NCBI GenBank assembly: GCA_029856045.1
Contig: JAHQWG010000048.1
Coordinates: 31,298-95,297, forward strand
Direction: 5' to 3'
From: Promethearchaeia archaeon
GTDB lineage: Archaea > Asgardarchaeota > Lokiarchaeia > Sigyniarchaeales > SOKP01
Length of the DNA stretch: 64,000 nucleotides
Shown here: piece by piece, positions 29,661-38,575 of the stretch
Position numbering within the stretch: the first letter of the stretch is position 1
How the letters are laid out: every line of letters starts with the position of its first letter
Position numbers and translations under genes: made by a program
Notes under the pieces: generated by a model
The model's database searches: none
Told to the model about the DNA's origin: nothing
Seen by the model: only the letters and a program-made list of their open reading frames with translations

Positions 29661-29778
29661 TTGTTAAAAGTCACCTTTTTTCATTAAAAATAAAAATTAT
29701 ATAAATAATCAATAAATCTTCTTGCTTTAATCTTTATTTTTATTTCATTTAAAATTTTATTTCAATTCTGACGTTTAA

Positions 29779-30903
29779 TTATTTATCATTGTTTAAAACT
29801 AGTTGGCATTTATCGCCAATCATCAAATTATCTTTAGAAAGATTATCAATTTTAACATAACTCCCGATAATTGAATTTTCTGTAATTATATTTGAGAGAT
29901 AGGCGCCATCTTCGATTATGCAATTTTTTAAGATACATTTCTTTAATTTACAATTTTTACCAATCGAAACATATGGTCCAATAATAGAATGAGTAATTTC
30001 AGTGTTTTCTTCAATATTTACTGGTGTGTTAATTACGCTATATTTGAAATTTCCATATTGTGTTGGGGATTTTTCATTTATTTGAGCCATATGCTCTAAT
30101 ATATAGCGGTTGCCTTTCAAAAGTTCGGTAGTTCTCCCAAAATCCAAAATCCCTTTTTTCAATTCGACTGCAGCGATTTTGTAGTTTTGATCTATCAAAT
30201 CTTGAAGTGCTGGAGTCATATAAATTTCACCAGAATCTTCAGATTTGTTGTCCAAATAATTTTTTATGTTGTTAAATAAAGCTTTGGTTGTTTTTCTACT
30301 AAATGCATAGATTCCTGCGATTGCCAGATCAGAGATAAATTCCTTAGGCTTCTCAACCAAATTCTTGATTATCATATTATCATCAACAGACACAATTCCA
30401 TAAGAACTAGCTTCTTCTTTTGGAACTCTCATAACGGTTATTATTCCATCCACATCTGATTCATAATATCGATATAAAATAAATGAATACTCATCAAGTG
30501 GAATCATATCACCTAAGAAAATCAAACATCCATCTTTTTTTTCATTTATACTTTTTTTATTTAAATCATCTTCTTGAAAATTGAATTGTTTCTTGGCTAG
30601 ATAAATAGCTTCGCCGAGACCCCAATAATATGGTACATCTCCATCAAAACCTCTGGGAGTTTGTTCAATAAATGTTAAATTAAAATCCTTTGAGTAATTT
30701 TTATTTATGTAATCAATTATTTGCTCTTTCTTATAACCAACGATCAATATTAATTCGGTACTCTGATCGAATGTGTCTTTTAATTTATCTAAAATGTGAT
30801 CTAAGACAGTCTTTCCTGCAACTTTGATAAAAGCCTTAGGTTTCTTAAAAGTAAAAGGTCTTAAACGCGTTCCTGTGCCTGCTATTGGTCCAATAATTTT
30901 CAT
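29779..30903 (-). CDS. Sugar-phosphate nucleotidyltransferase with C-terminal hexapeptide repeats
   Basis: AGTGTRLRPFT..KPK, LGD, EKP, and a left-handed beta-helix tail. Confidence 0.92.
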   Translation of the reverse strand: MKIIGPIAGTGTRLRPFTFKKPKAFIKVAGKTVLDHILDKLKDTFDQSTELILIVGYKKEQIIDYINKNYSKDFNLTFIEQTPRGFDGDVPYYWGLGEAIYLAKKQFNFQEDDLNKKSINEKKDGCLIFLGDMIPLDEYSFILYRYYESDVDGIITVMRVPKEEASSYGIVSVDDNMIIKNLVEKPKEFISDLAIAGIYAFSRKTTKALFNNIKNYLDNKSEDSGEIYMTPALQDLIDQNYKIAAVELKKGILDFGRTTELLKGNRYILEHMAQINEKSPTQYGNFKYSVINTPVNIEENTEITHSIIGPYVSIGKNCKLKKCILKNCIIEDGAYLSNIITENSIIGSYVKIDNLSKDNLMIGDKCQLVLNNDK

Positions 30904-30970
30904 ATTAAGGATACAATTCTTTCTATGCTATTTTTATAAAAAAATCTTTAAAATTTAAAACTATTTTTAT

Positions 30971-31747
30971 TCAATAAAACTCTGATTTATCCGAATCAAA
31001 AATGCGTTGAAGAGTCCCAAATAAAATGTCTAAACCATCCTCTCTTAACGTTGTGATTGGAATTAATTCAGATGTAGAGCCGAGTTGAGAAAATACTTCG
31101 GATATTAAAAGAGATAATTCACGTATTAAACCTTTTTCCCTTTCATTGGTAGCTTCACTTAATTTTTGAAAGTCTGTGCTCCACTCGAGAACCATATCAA
31201 TTAAATCATCATCTAATAAATCGATTTTGGAAAGAGCGTTAATTTGTGGAATATTTATAAAACGATATTGAACTGAAGCAGCTAATAGCAGGGTAGAAAT
31301 AAACCCATTCGGTCGTTTTACCATATTGGAATCAAATAAAAAAGTTGTTGATCTCTGAACATCACCGAAACCTAAGGAACTTGCGATAATTGGACCCACT
31401 TCCCTGAAAGCAAATAATTCTAACTGACCTGCAGTGTCAATTAAAACCCAATCAGGTTGATATTGACCGATTTCATACTTAATATCGTCAATAAAATTTA
31501 TCATTAGATCCGAGGCTAAAACCATCCCTCCATTTGGACCTAAATTATACTTCCTCATAACTTCATCTAACGTGATATAATCCCTTATATCAATCTCTGG
31601 ATTAAACTTTAAATCTAAAGCTCCCGGATCCAAGTTAATTGCAATTACAGTTATTTCTGAATCTCTCATCGAGATGTAGTGTTTTAACTGAGCAACCAAT
31701 GTGGATTTTCCGCTTCCGGCAGGTCCGATTACATAATTAAATAACAT
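30971..31747 (-). CDS. GPN-loop GTPase
   Basis: GPAGSGKST, NLDPG, LGPNGG, DTAGQLE, SKID. Confidence 0.95.
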   Translation of the reverse strand: MLFNYVIGPAGSGKSTLVAQLKHYISMRDSEITVIAINLDPGALDLKFNPEIDIRDYITLDEVMRKYNLGPNGGMVLASDLMINFIDDIKYEIGQYQPDWVLIDTAGQLELFAFREVGPIIASSLGFGDVQRSTTFLFDSNMVKRPNGFISTLLLAASVQYRFINIPQINALSKIDLLDDDLIDMVLEWSTDFQKLSEATNEREKGLIRELSLLISEVFSQLGSTSELIPITTLREDGLDILFGTLQRIFDSDKSEFY

Positions 31748-32041
31748 TGGGCTTGAAAATTGTGATTTGCTCTGTAATAAGTAAAATAATCTTTTAAAGA
31801 TTATAAAATCTATTGATACGATTTGTATTTTATTTTTTACTCAATGAAAATTATTCTATATTTAATAAATTCATTAAAAGAAGGATATTATTGAGTCGCT
31901 CTAATGCAATTAAAGAGAGTAGAGATGAAAAATATTAGAATTATTTGTGAAAAAAAATATAAATGAAAAGAAAATTCTAAAAAAAAGCATTTATATTTGT
32001 AAAACCTATTATACTTAGGTATAAGAAGGGTTTCTACCGAT

Positions 32042-32197
32042 TTGAGAAATAAACAAACCATATTGAATGATAAAACAGGTTTAAAATTATGCGAAAAGTG
32101 TGGAAGTATATTAGTTAACCGCGTATTAATCTTAAAAAACGGCAGAAAACAGAAAATACATCAGTGCATTGTCTGTAGGCATTGGTATCCCGTTTAA
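32042..32197 (+). CDS. Small zinc-ribbon protein (51 aa), not in the ORF track
   Basis: TTG start; MRNKQTILNDKTGLKLCEKCGSILVNRVLILKNGRKQKIHQCIVCRHWYPV has two CxxC motifs. Confidence 0.75.
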   Translation: MRNKQTILNDKTGLKLCEKCGSILVNRVLILKNGRKQKIHQCIVCRHWYPV

Positions 32198-32293
32198 ACT
32201 ATTATATTTTAATTTTAAAATATTTATTATTTCTTAGAAAATTTTAAATTTCTAAGATTTTATTTATTTAATAAAATTATTATTCTTAAATAG

Positions 32294-32557
32294 GTGATAA
32301 AAATTAATCTTGAATCTACTGTAAGTGATAAAGGATTAACCACAATACCAAAGGAGATCCGAAAAAAACTCAATATTAAAAAGGGAGATAAATTATATTG
32401 GATTTTTAAAGAACAAGAAAGAACTGAATTAATTGTTATTAAAAAACCACTTAAATTTCTAAAAGGAAGATATGCTCAAAAGGATCTAACTTATGAGAAA
32501 CTAGAACACAAAGCTGATGAACTAATTGAAAAAAAGGTGGAAAATAAATCCCGCTAA
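32294..32557 (+). CDS. AbrB/MazE/SpoVT-family antitoxin (VapB-like)
   Basis: STVSDKGLTTIPKEIRKKLNIKKGDKL. The track GTG lies inside the GGTGA RBS, so the start may be the ATT at 32303. Confidence 0.9.
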   Translation: MIKINLESTVSDKGLTTIPKEIRKKLNIKKGDKLYWIFKEQERTELIVIKKPLKFLKGRYAQKDLTYEKLEHKADELIEKKVENKSR

Positions 32558-32988
32558 TCGAATTAGATTTAATGATTGGATTAGTTTCTAAAACTGATAG
32601 ATTTCATGAACTTTCAATAAAGATTTTTGATAAGATTAAAAAAAATTACATTAAAAATGTGTATATTCCATCTAGCGCATATTTAGAATATGAATTACTG
32701 CTAAAAAGCCGAAATATAGATGAATTGGAAATAATAAGAGATATTGTTCATTTCAAGAATATTAAAAATATAAAAGAAATTCCAATTGATTCCTCAATAA
32801 TAATACTTGCATCTCAATTAAGAGATGTGTATAATTTAACTTATTTTGATTCATTACATTGCGGAAGCGCCATACATAAAGATGGAAGCATTATCAGTTC
32901 TGATAAAGATTTTAAAAAAATTTCTAATTTAGTAGTTATTGAACCTGAAAGTTTAATAAATGGGGACGATGGGATTTATTCAAAATAG
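32548..32988 (+). CDS. vapC: PIN-domain (VapC) toxin; probable ATC start at 32548
   Basis: First PIN strand PLIELD lies upstream of the track ATG, then YLEY, LTYFDSLH and SSDKDF. Confidence 0.88.
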   Translation: MPLIELDLMIGLVSKTDRFHELSIKIFDKIKKNYIKNVYIPSSAYLEYELLLKSRNIDELEIIRDIVHFKNIKNIKEIPIDSSIIILASQLRDVYNLTYFDSLHCGSAIHKDGSIISSDKDFKKISNLVVIEPESLINGDDGIYSK

Positions 32989-33093
32989 CGAAGCGCCTAT
33001 TTTTTTGAACCCATGATCACCAACTCTGGAGGCTGGCGCCGTTTCTCGTGTCCTGAGACTACTCAGAATCAAACCGGGCTAGGCCACGTCCCC
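32961..33093 (-). tRNA. tRNA-Trp(CCA) with two non-canonical introns (20/21: 33043-33072; 58/59: 32976-33004)
   Basis: Acceptor GGGGACG/CGTCCCC-A, anticodon arm CCAGC-CTCCAGA-GTTGG, T stem ATGGG/CCCAT. Removing the 30-nt and 29-nt hairpin inserts leaves a 74-nt cloverleaf. Confidence 0.92.
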
Positions 33094-33200
33094 TTACTTT
33101 TAATAATAATAAATTATCTAATTCTAAAAAATTTAACTAGTAAACATTTTTTTCAATGAAACATTATCTTTAATTGTTTTTAAAAAAGTGATTAGGTTTA

Positions 33201-34013
33201 ATGAGCAACAAGGAAGATGAAATAGTCTTTTTAGGATCGGGAGGTGGCCGTATTCATATTAGAACGCAATATCGAGCAACTGGAGGTATTTTATTTAAAT
33301 TCAATGGAATCCAAGCACACATAGATCCTGGTCCCGGAGCAATTGTAAGAATAAATCAATATAATGAAGATCCATTAAAGACCGAATTATTTTTTGTGAC
33401 TCATTTTCATGTGGATCATTTTAATGATATTCAAGTTATGATCGAGGCTTCACGTGATAGATTTTATGATAATGAGAGAAAACTCGTAAAAAAAGGCATA
33501 TTATTTGCTCCACATAATGTTATTAATTATATTAGTCAATATCACCAAAATATGTTAGAAAAAATTATTCCATTCAAGGTTGGAGATACTTATGATTATA
33601 ATGGAATAGAAATCATCGGAACAAAAGTAGTACATACTAAAGCTCCTGGTTTTGGCATAAGGTTTAGATTAAAAGACTATTCCATTGCATTTTCAAGCGA
33701 TACAATGGTATTTGATGAATTTCCGGACCAGTTTCATGGTATTGATATCCTAGTATTAAATCTTTTAAGACCTAATTCGGCCTTTTGTAAACGACATCTT
33801 TGCACAGATGAAGTAATTCCTTATTTAAATAAGATTAATCCCACTCTAAATACACTGATTATTACACATTTTGGTGCATATATGGACAGCCCAACATCAG
33901 AGAGAAATTTTGTGCCTTCCCAAGTTAAAAAATTACAGGAACAAACTGAAATAAAAAAAGTTATAGCCGCAGAGGATGGGATGAAATTGAAGATTTTTGA
34001 AATATTAATATAA
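33201..34013 (+). CDS. Metallo-beta-lactamase-fold hydrolase
   Basis: FLGSGGGR, IDPGPGA, THFHVDH, SDT, THFG. Confidence 0.9.
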   Translation: MSNKEDEIVFLGSGGGRIHIRTQYRATGGILFKFNGIQAHIDPGPGAIVRINQYNEDPLKTELFFVTHFHVDHFNDIQVMIEASRDRFYDNERKLVKKGILFAPHNVINYISQYHQNMLEKIIPFKVGDTYDYNGIEIIGTKVVHTKAPGFGIRFRLKDYSIAFSSDTMVFDEFPDQFHGIDILVLNLLRPNSAFCKRHLCTDEVIPYLNKINPTLNTLIITHFGAYMDSPTSERNFVPSQVKKLQEQTEIKKVIAAEDGMKLKIFEILI

Positions 34014-34076
34014 AATTAAAAAAATTAGAATTAAATTGTATTAAACAAAATATACCTAATTGAATAAGGTGTAAAA

Positions 34077-34964
34077 ATGGAATTTAATTTTGAAGAAAAA
34101 TTGTTTAAAAAAGTATCTCCCATTGTTTTAAAAGAATTTCAAGAATTTCAAGAAGTACATCATTTTAAAAGTCTCGAGTTTAGGGGATATCAATGGAAAT
34201 ATTACTTTGAAGGAACTGGAGATAAAATAATTCTATCACTCCCAGGTGGATTGAGATATCCTTTTTTTAATTTTAAGATTATTACTGAGCTAGAGAAATA
34301 TTTTAAGGTTTTAGCACCTGCATATCCAAGAATAGAAAGTTTGGATGGATTAGTTGATGGGATTCAAGTTATTCTCCAAAAAGAAAATATAGAACAATTT
34401 AACTTATGGGGTACTTCATTTGGAGGCATATTAGCACAGTGCATTTTGCATAAATTTACCGAAATGGTTGATAGAATTATTATTGGAAATACAGGAACAA
34501 CGATTAACAATGAAGATATAGTCAATAAAAAAGTCAAGTCGATGAAAAAAGCAATAAGAATTCTATCATTGCTACCTTCATTTATAATTAGACCAGTTGT
34601 TAGTAAATCCTTATTGAAGTTATTTAGCTGCCCAGAAGAAGAAAAAGTTCTATACGAAACTTTACTAAAAAATGCTGTTGCAAAACACATTCTTGATAAA
34701 CCAGATATGTTATGCCACTTCAAATGCTTGATGGATTTTTTTCAAAATTATCGCTTCTCTTCTTCAGATTTGATTAATTGGAACGGTAAAATTTTTATTA
34801 TCGAATCTGATGATGATACAGCAGTGGGTGAAGAATCTTCAGACAGATTAAAAGAAGTTTATCCCCAAGCAGAACATTATTTATTTCATGAGGCTGGTCA
34901 TATGCCCATTCTCTCTCGTAAGGAAGAGTATTATTCGGTTGTTAAGAAATTTCTTAGTATATAA
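34077..34964 (+). CDS. Alpha/beta hydrolase
   Basis: LPGG, GTSFGG nucleophile elbow, DD, AGH. Confidence 0.85.
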   Translation: MEFNFEEKLFKKVSPIVLKEFQEFQEVHHFKSLEFRGYQWKYYFEGTGDKIILSLPGGLRYPFFNFKIITELEKYFKVLAPAYPRIESLDGLVDGIQVILQKENIEQFNLWGTSFGGILAQCILHKFTEMVDRIIIGNTGTTINNEDIVNKKVKSMKKAIRILSLLPSFIIRPVVSKSLLKLFSCPEEEKVLYETLLKNAVAKHILDKPDMLCHFKCLMDFFQNYRFSSSDLINWNGKIFIIESDDDTAVGEESSDRLKEVYPQAEHYLFHEAGHMPILSRKEEYYSVVKKFLSI

Positions 34965-35078
34965 TAAATTTAATTTATAAAACTCTTATAATCTTGAAGA
35001 TTTTTGATTTATTAAATTAATTTATTTAATCAAAACAATAAAAAAAAGTAGAATTAAAATTAAAGTTTATTAGGATTA

Positions 35079-35408
35079 TTATTCTAATGAAGCTCCACAT
35101 TCATCACAAAATTTCGCTCCAGAACGTAGCATTTTTTTACATTTTGGACATTCTTTATAGAATTGAAAGCCACATTTTTTACAAAATTTTGCATCTCTAC
35201 TAATATTTCCCCCACATTGAGGACATTTCTTTCCTTCAAGGATTAAAAATCGTAATATTGCACCTAGGAAGCCAATCCAAGAAAATGCAATGACCATATA
35301 GATCCACCATTGCCATCCCAATAATAACTCAGCTAATAATCCCATAATTAATGTTACAACTATTGCTCCAATAGCAGAACTTGCTAACGAATACGTATAA
35401 TTTCTCAT
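35079..35408 (-). CDS. Two-TM membrane protein with a double zinc ribbon
   Basis: Two hydrophobic helices followed by four CxxC motifs. Confidence 0.85.
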   Translation of the reverse strand: MRNYTYSLASSAIGAIVVTLIMGLLAELLLGWQWWIYMVIAFSWIGFLGAILRFLILEGKKCPQCGGNISRDAKFCKKCGFQFYKECPKCKKMLRSGAKFCDECGASLE

Positions 35409-35494
35409 TTTTTACTCCATGAATTTTTTCTCTTGATTTTTATTTTATTAGAAAATAATGATATTGAATTTTATTAAAAAAGAAAAAATTTTTT

Positions 35495-35971
35495 TTATTT
35501 TAAGGCGGTTCCGCAGTAGGAACAATGTTTTGCGCCAGGATTTTCGACTTTCTCACCGCATCCAGGGCAAAAATTAATTATTGCTCCTTTTACTTCTTCA
35601 GATGGAATTGGTGGTTCTACTTTTTCAGGTTGTTTAAGCTCAGTCCCACATTCTTCGCAAAATTTTGCTCCAATTGTAACCGGTTTCTGGCATTTAGGAC
35701 ACATATTGAGAAATTCATGACCACAAACTTTACAAAATTTATCGAATTTATTAGCAGGTGAACCACAGCTTGGACAATTAACTCTTTCTACCATATAATA
35801 TCTAAGAACATTAGAGATTGTTCCAATCCAAATAAAGCCAATGATCATATAAATCCACCAAGTACCCCAACCAAACAAGGTTGCAGCTAATACAATAAAA
35901 ACAAGTGTCCCAATAAATGCACCAATTACACTACTTCGCAAAGCTATTATTCCACGTTCTTCATCTTTCAT
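35495..35971 (-). CDS. Two-TM membrane protein with triple zinc ribbon (paralogue of the neighbour)
   Basis: Shares GW..WWIYM.I.F.WIG and KFC.ECG with the 35079 ORF; has six CxxC motifs. Confidence 0.85.
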   Translation of the reverse strand: MKDEERGIIALRSSVIGAFIGTLVFIVLAATLFGWGTWWIYMIIGFIWIGTISNVLRYYMVERVNCPSCGSPANKFDKFCKVCGHEFLNMCPKCQKPVTIGAKFCEECGTELKQPEKVEPPIPSEEVKGAIINFCPGCGEKVENPGAKHCSYCGTALK

Positions 35972-35979
35972 TTTTTATT

Positions 35980-36180
35980 TCAATCCTCTAATTTATTTTT
36001 GATAATTTTATAATTAGTTTTTATATTATTAAGATTTGTTTTACAATTTGGACATAAAATTGCATTTTTATCCAAAATAGTAGCACTACATGCAGGACAT
36101 AATTTTATTTTATCTCCAAATATGTCACTTTTATTAGAATTTAATAACTTTTTTATCTTTTTATTTTTTTTTCTTTTCAT
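35980..36180 (-). CDS. Small basic zinc-ribbon protein
   Basis: CPAC...CPNC, with a GGTGA RBS. Confidence 0.7.
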   Translation of the reverse strand: MKRKKNKKIKKLLNSNKSDIFGDKIKLCPACSATILDKNAILCPNCKTNLNNIKTNYKIIKNKLED

Positions 36181-36404
36181 TTATAAATATCACCATTCAG
36201 CGTTCAATAAACAAATCCTTTAAATTAACAAAGAAAAGAAATATATTAAAAAGATCTTTAGACCGATTTTTGAGAGAAAAATACTTTTTTCAAAAAGAGG
36301 AAAATAAATATCGAAGTCTTTGAATTAACTTTAAAAAATGAGAAGTAAGTTAATTAAAAAGTTTGAATAAATATAATTAAAATTGGATGATTAATAAAAA
36401 AGAG

Positions 36405-36605
36405 TTACTTCCTATATCTACGACTGGCGCCAATAGATCCTTGTTGGCCTCCATATTCACCTTTTATCATTCTTTTTTTATAGTTATCTCGATATCTGAT
36501 TCTGGGGATTTTTTTTGGGCGGGCATTAACACCCCGTTTTTGAACTTTAGGTGTTTGAGTTTTAACTTTACCTGCTTTCGTTAAAGAACCATGAGAACCG
36601 GGCAT
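36405..36605 (-). CDS. rps30e: 30S ribosomal protein eS30
   Basis: HGSLTKAGKVKTQTPKV...PRIRYR.NYKKR. Confidence 0.97.
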   Translation of the reverse strand: MPGSHGSLTKAGKVKTQTPKVQKRGVNARPKKIPRIRYRDNYKKRMIKGEYGGQQGSIGASRRYRK

Positions 36606-36698
36606 ATTCTTTTCTTTATTTATTTATTTTAAGTTATTATATATTAAGAATACTTAACTTAGCTTTTAAAATCATTAAGCGATTAAAAATTTTTGGTT

Positions 36699-38573
36699 TT
36701 AAATTGGAACACCAATGACGTTTAATTGATTTTTAATACTAAGAGCTTGATCTAAAAAATAATTTGACATATTATCATCTTTTAAGAGAAATTTATGGTA
36801 ATCTGATTGCATTTGATAATATTTATGCATCATTTTCAAGTTAAAAATCGTATCAGAAGTCAATAATTTTTTCATATTATTGAGAACAAGATAAGCATTT
36901 TTTGTATCTTTTCGAAAATAGATAAAAATCTTTGCTAATAATTTATTAATCTTTAAAATTTGCTTTTTATGCTGTTGAGTGGTGGTTTCATTAAGCCCAG
37001 ATAGATTTAAAGCTTGTTTTAATAACTTTATTGCATAAGCAATTTTTTCTGTTTTTTTATTGTATTTTGCTCTTTCATAAAAATATTTTAATTGAATCTT
37101 CAAGGAACCTTTAGCAATATTTAATGCTTTATTAAATTGAAGTTTAGCTTCACTTAGGTTTTCTTCTTTTAAGTTAATTTTTGCTTGGCTCAAATATGTA
37201 TCAGCGAGAATTTCTTGATCATTTATATCAGTTACATTTGATTCAAGAAAGTTTATGATTATATGAAAGTGAGTCTTAGCCTTATTTAATTGGTTAAATA
37301 ACAAATAAGTTTTTCCTATTTTTTTGTGCAATTTAATAATAAGAGCTAATGGGACATTTCCGCTTTTACATAGATCTAATCCGTTTTCTAGATATTCCAA
37401 TGATTTCTTTGGTTGGTTTAGGATTTTGGCTATTCTACTTAAATGTAGGAGAATTAAAATTACAATTTTCCTTTGTTTAAATTTGTTAAAAATTTTCATA
37501 CTTTCAACAAACAAATTAATTGCTTCAGAAAACTTATATGTACTATATTGTTCCAAAGCTCGTTGATAAAGTTCAATAGAAATGATTTCTTCAAAGTTGG
37601 ATGGTGGATTGCCTAATAATTTATATTCTACTTGGTGTAATTCTTTTGCGATTTTACTTTCATAATTAAGGGGAATAAAAGAAAAATTTAAGTCTTTTTC
37701 AGAATTGAGAGCAATTTCCTTAAAATTACCTGGTAAGAAATTCAACTTTTTAATTTCTTCAGATTCTATCAATCCAATAATTGAATTTAAAATCATACGA
37801 GAGAATTTAATCCATGAAGTAATTAATAATTCAAAATTGAAATTCTCTTCATTATATAATTCTAATAAAAGATAAGGAGTATAACAATACCAAGAACTCC
37901 TTACATGTATGTTTTTAATAACAAGATCATTGAAATAGGTTAGAAACCCTTTTTCCAATATAAGATATTCATTATTGGAGTCTGTATTTTTAAAGAAAAG
38001 AACATTATTTACGCGAAATTTTGGAATACCATTCTTTATATCCAATGGTAAATCATTAGTAGATTCCATACTTAATTTTTTAATTGAATTATTAACGTTG
38101 GTTGAAATTATTGTATTATAGTGTTCAAACTGTGATTGTTTGTTAAAAATTGATATTCTTATTCGATTCAACCATTTCGGTTCAAGCTCGTTATTTATCG
38201 CTTCTGGCATGAGTTGATTTAAAATTTTTAATAACTCTTGTTCTTTTCCTTTAATGGGAAATTCATGTTCTAAATTTGATTCAATTCCAATTTCTCTAAG
38301 TTTTTCTATTAAATAATTTAAGTTTTCTAGTGTGGAGAAATCTGTAATTCTAATCATAAAGATAAGTGAAATTTTGAAAGAGATTATTTCAAATGGTATA
38401 TTTAATCTTAGAGGTAGTTCAATAGGTTTTTTTATTGTGATTGCAATTATATTATTATCTAATATGGAATATCGAAAATTATTAGTTGATTCAAGGTTAT
38501 CTTTAAAACCTTTTTCAATAAATAATTTATTTAGAAAATTTATATCTTTTTCAGAAAAATGTGTTAATGACAT
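36699..38573 (-). CDS. TPR-repeat protein with an uncharacterised N-terminal domain
   Basis: C-terminal helical repeats (A..LF..S, YLENGL, AK..FNKAL). Confidence 0.75.
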   Translation of the reverse strand: MSLTHFSEKDINFLNKLFIEKGFKDNLESTNNFRYSILDNNIIAITIKKPIELPLRLNIPFEIISFKISLIFMIRITDFSTLENLNYLIEKLREIGIESNLEHEFPIKGKEQELLKILNQLMPEAINNELEPKWLNRIRISIFNKQSQFEHYNTIISTNVNNSIKKLSMESTNDLPLDIKNGIPKFRVNNVLFFKNTDSNNEYLILEKGFLTYFNDLVIKNIHVRSSWYCYTPYLLLELYNEENFNFELLITSWIKFSRMILNSIIGLIESEEIKKLNFLPGNFKEIALNSEKDLNFSFIPLNYESKIAKELHQVEYKLLGNPPSNFEEIISIELYQRALEQYSTYKFSEAINLFVESMKIFNKFKQRKIVILILLHLSRIAKILNQPKKSLEYLENGLDLCKSGNVPLALIIKLHKKIGKTYLLFNQLNKAKTHFHIIINFLESNVTDINDQEILADTYLSQAKINLKEENLSEAKLQFNKALNIAKGSLKIQLKYFYERAKYNKKTEKIAYAIKLLKQALNLSGLNETTTQQHKKQILKINKLLAKIFIYFRKDTKNAYLVLNNMKKLLTSDTIFNLKMMHKYYQMQSDYHKFLLKDDNMSNYFLDQALSIKNQLNVIGVPI

Positions 38574-38575
38574 AT

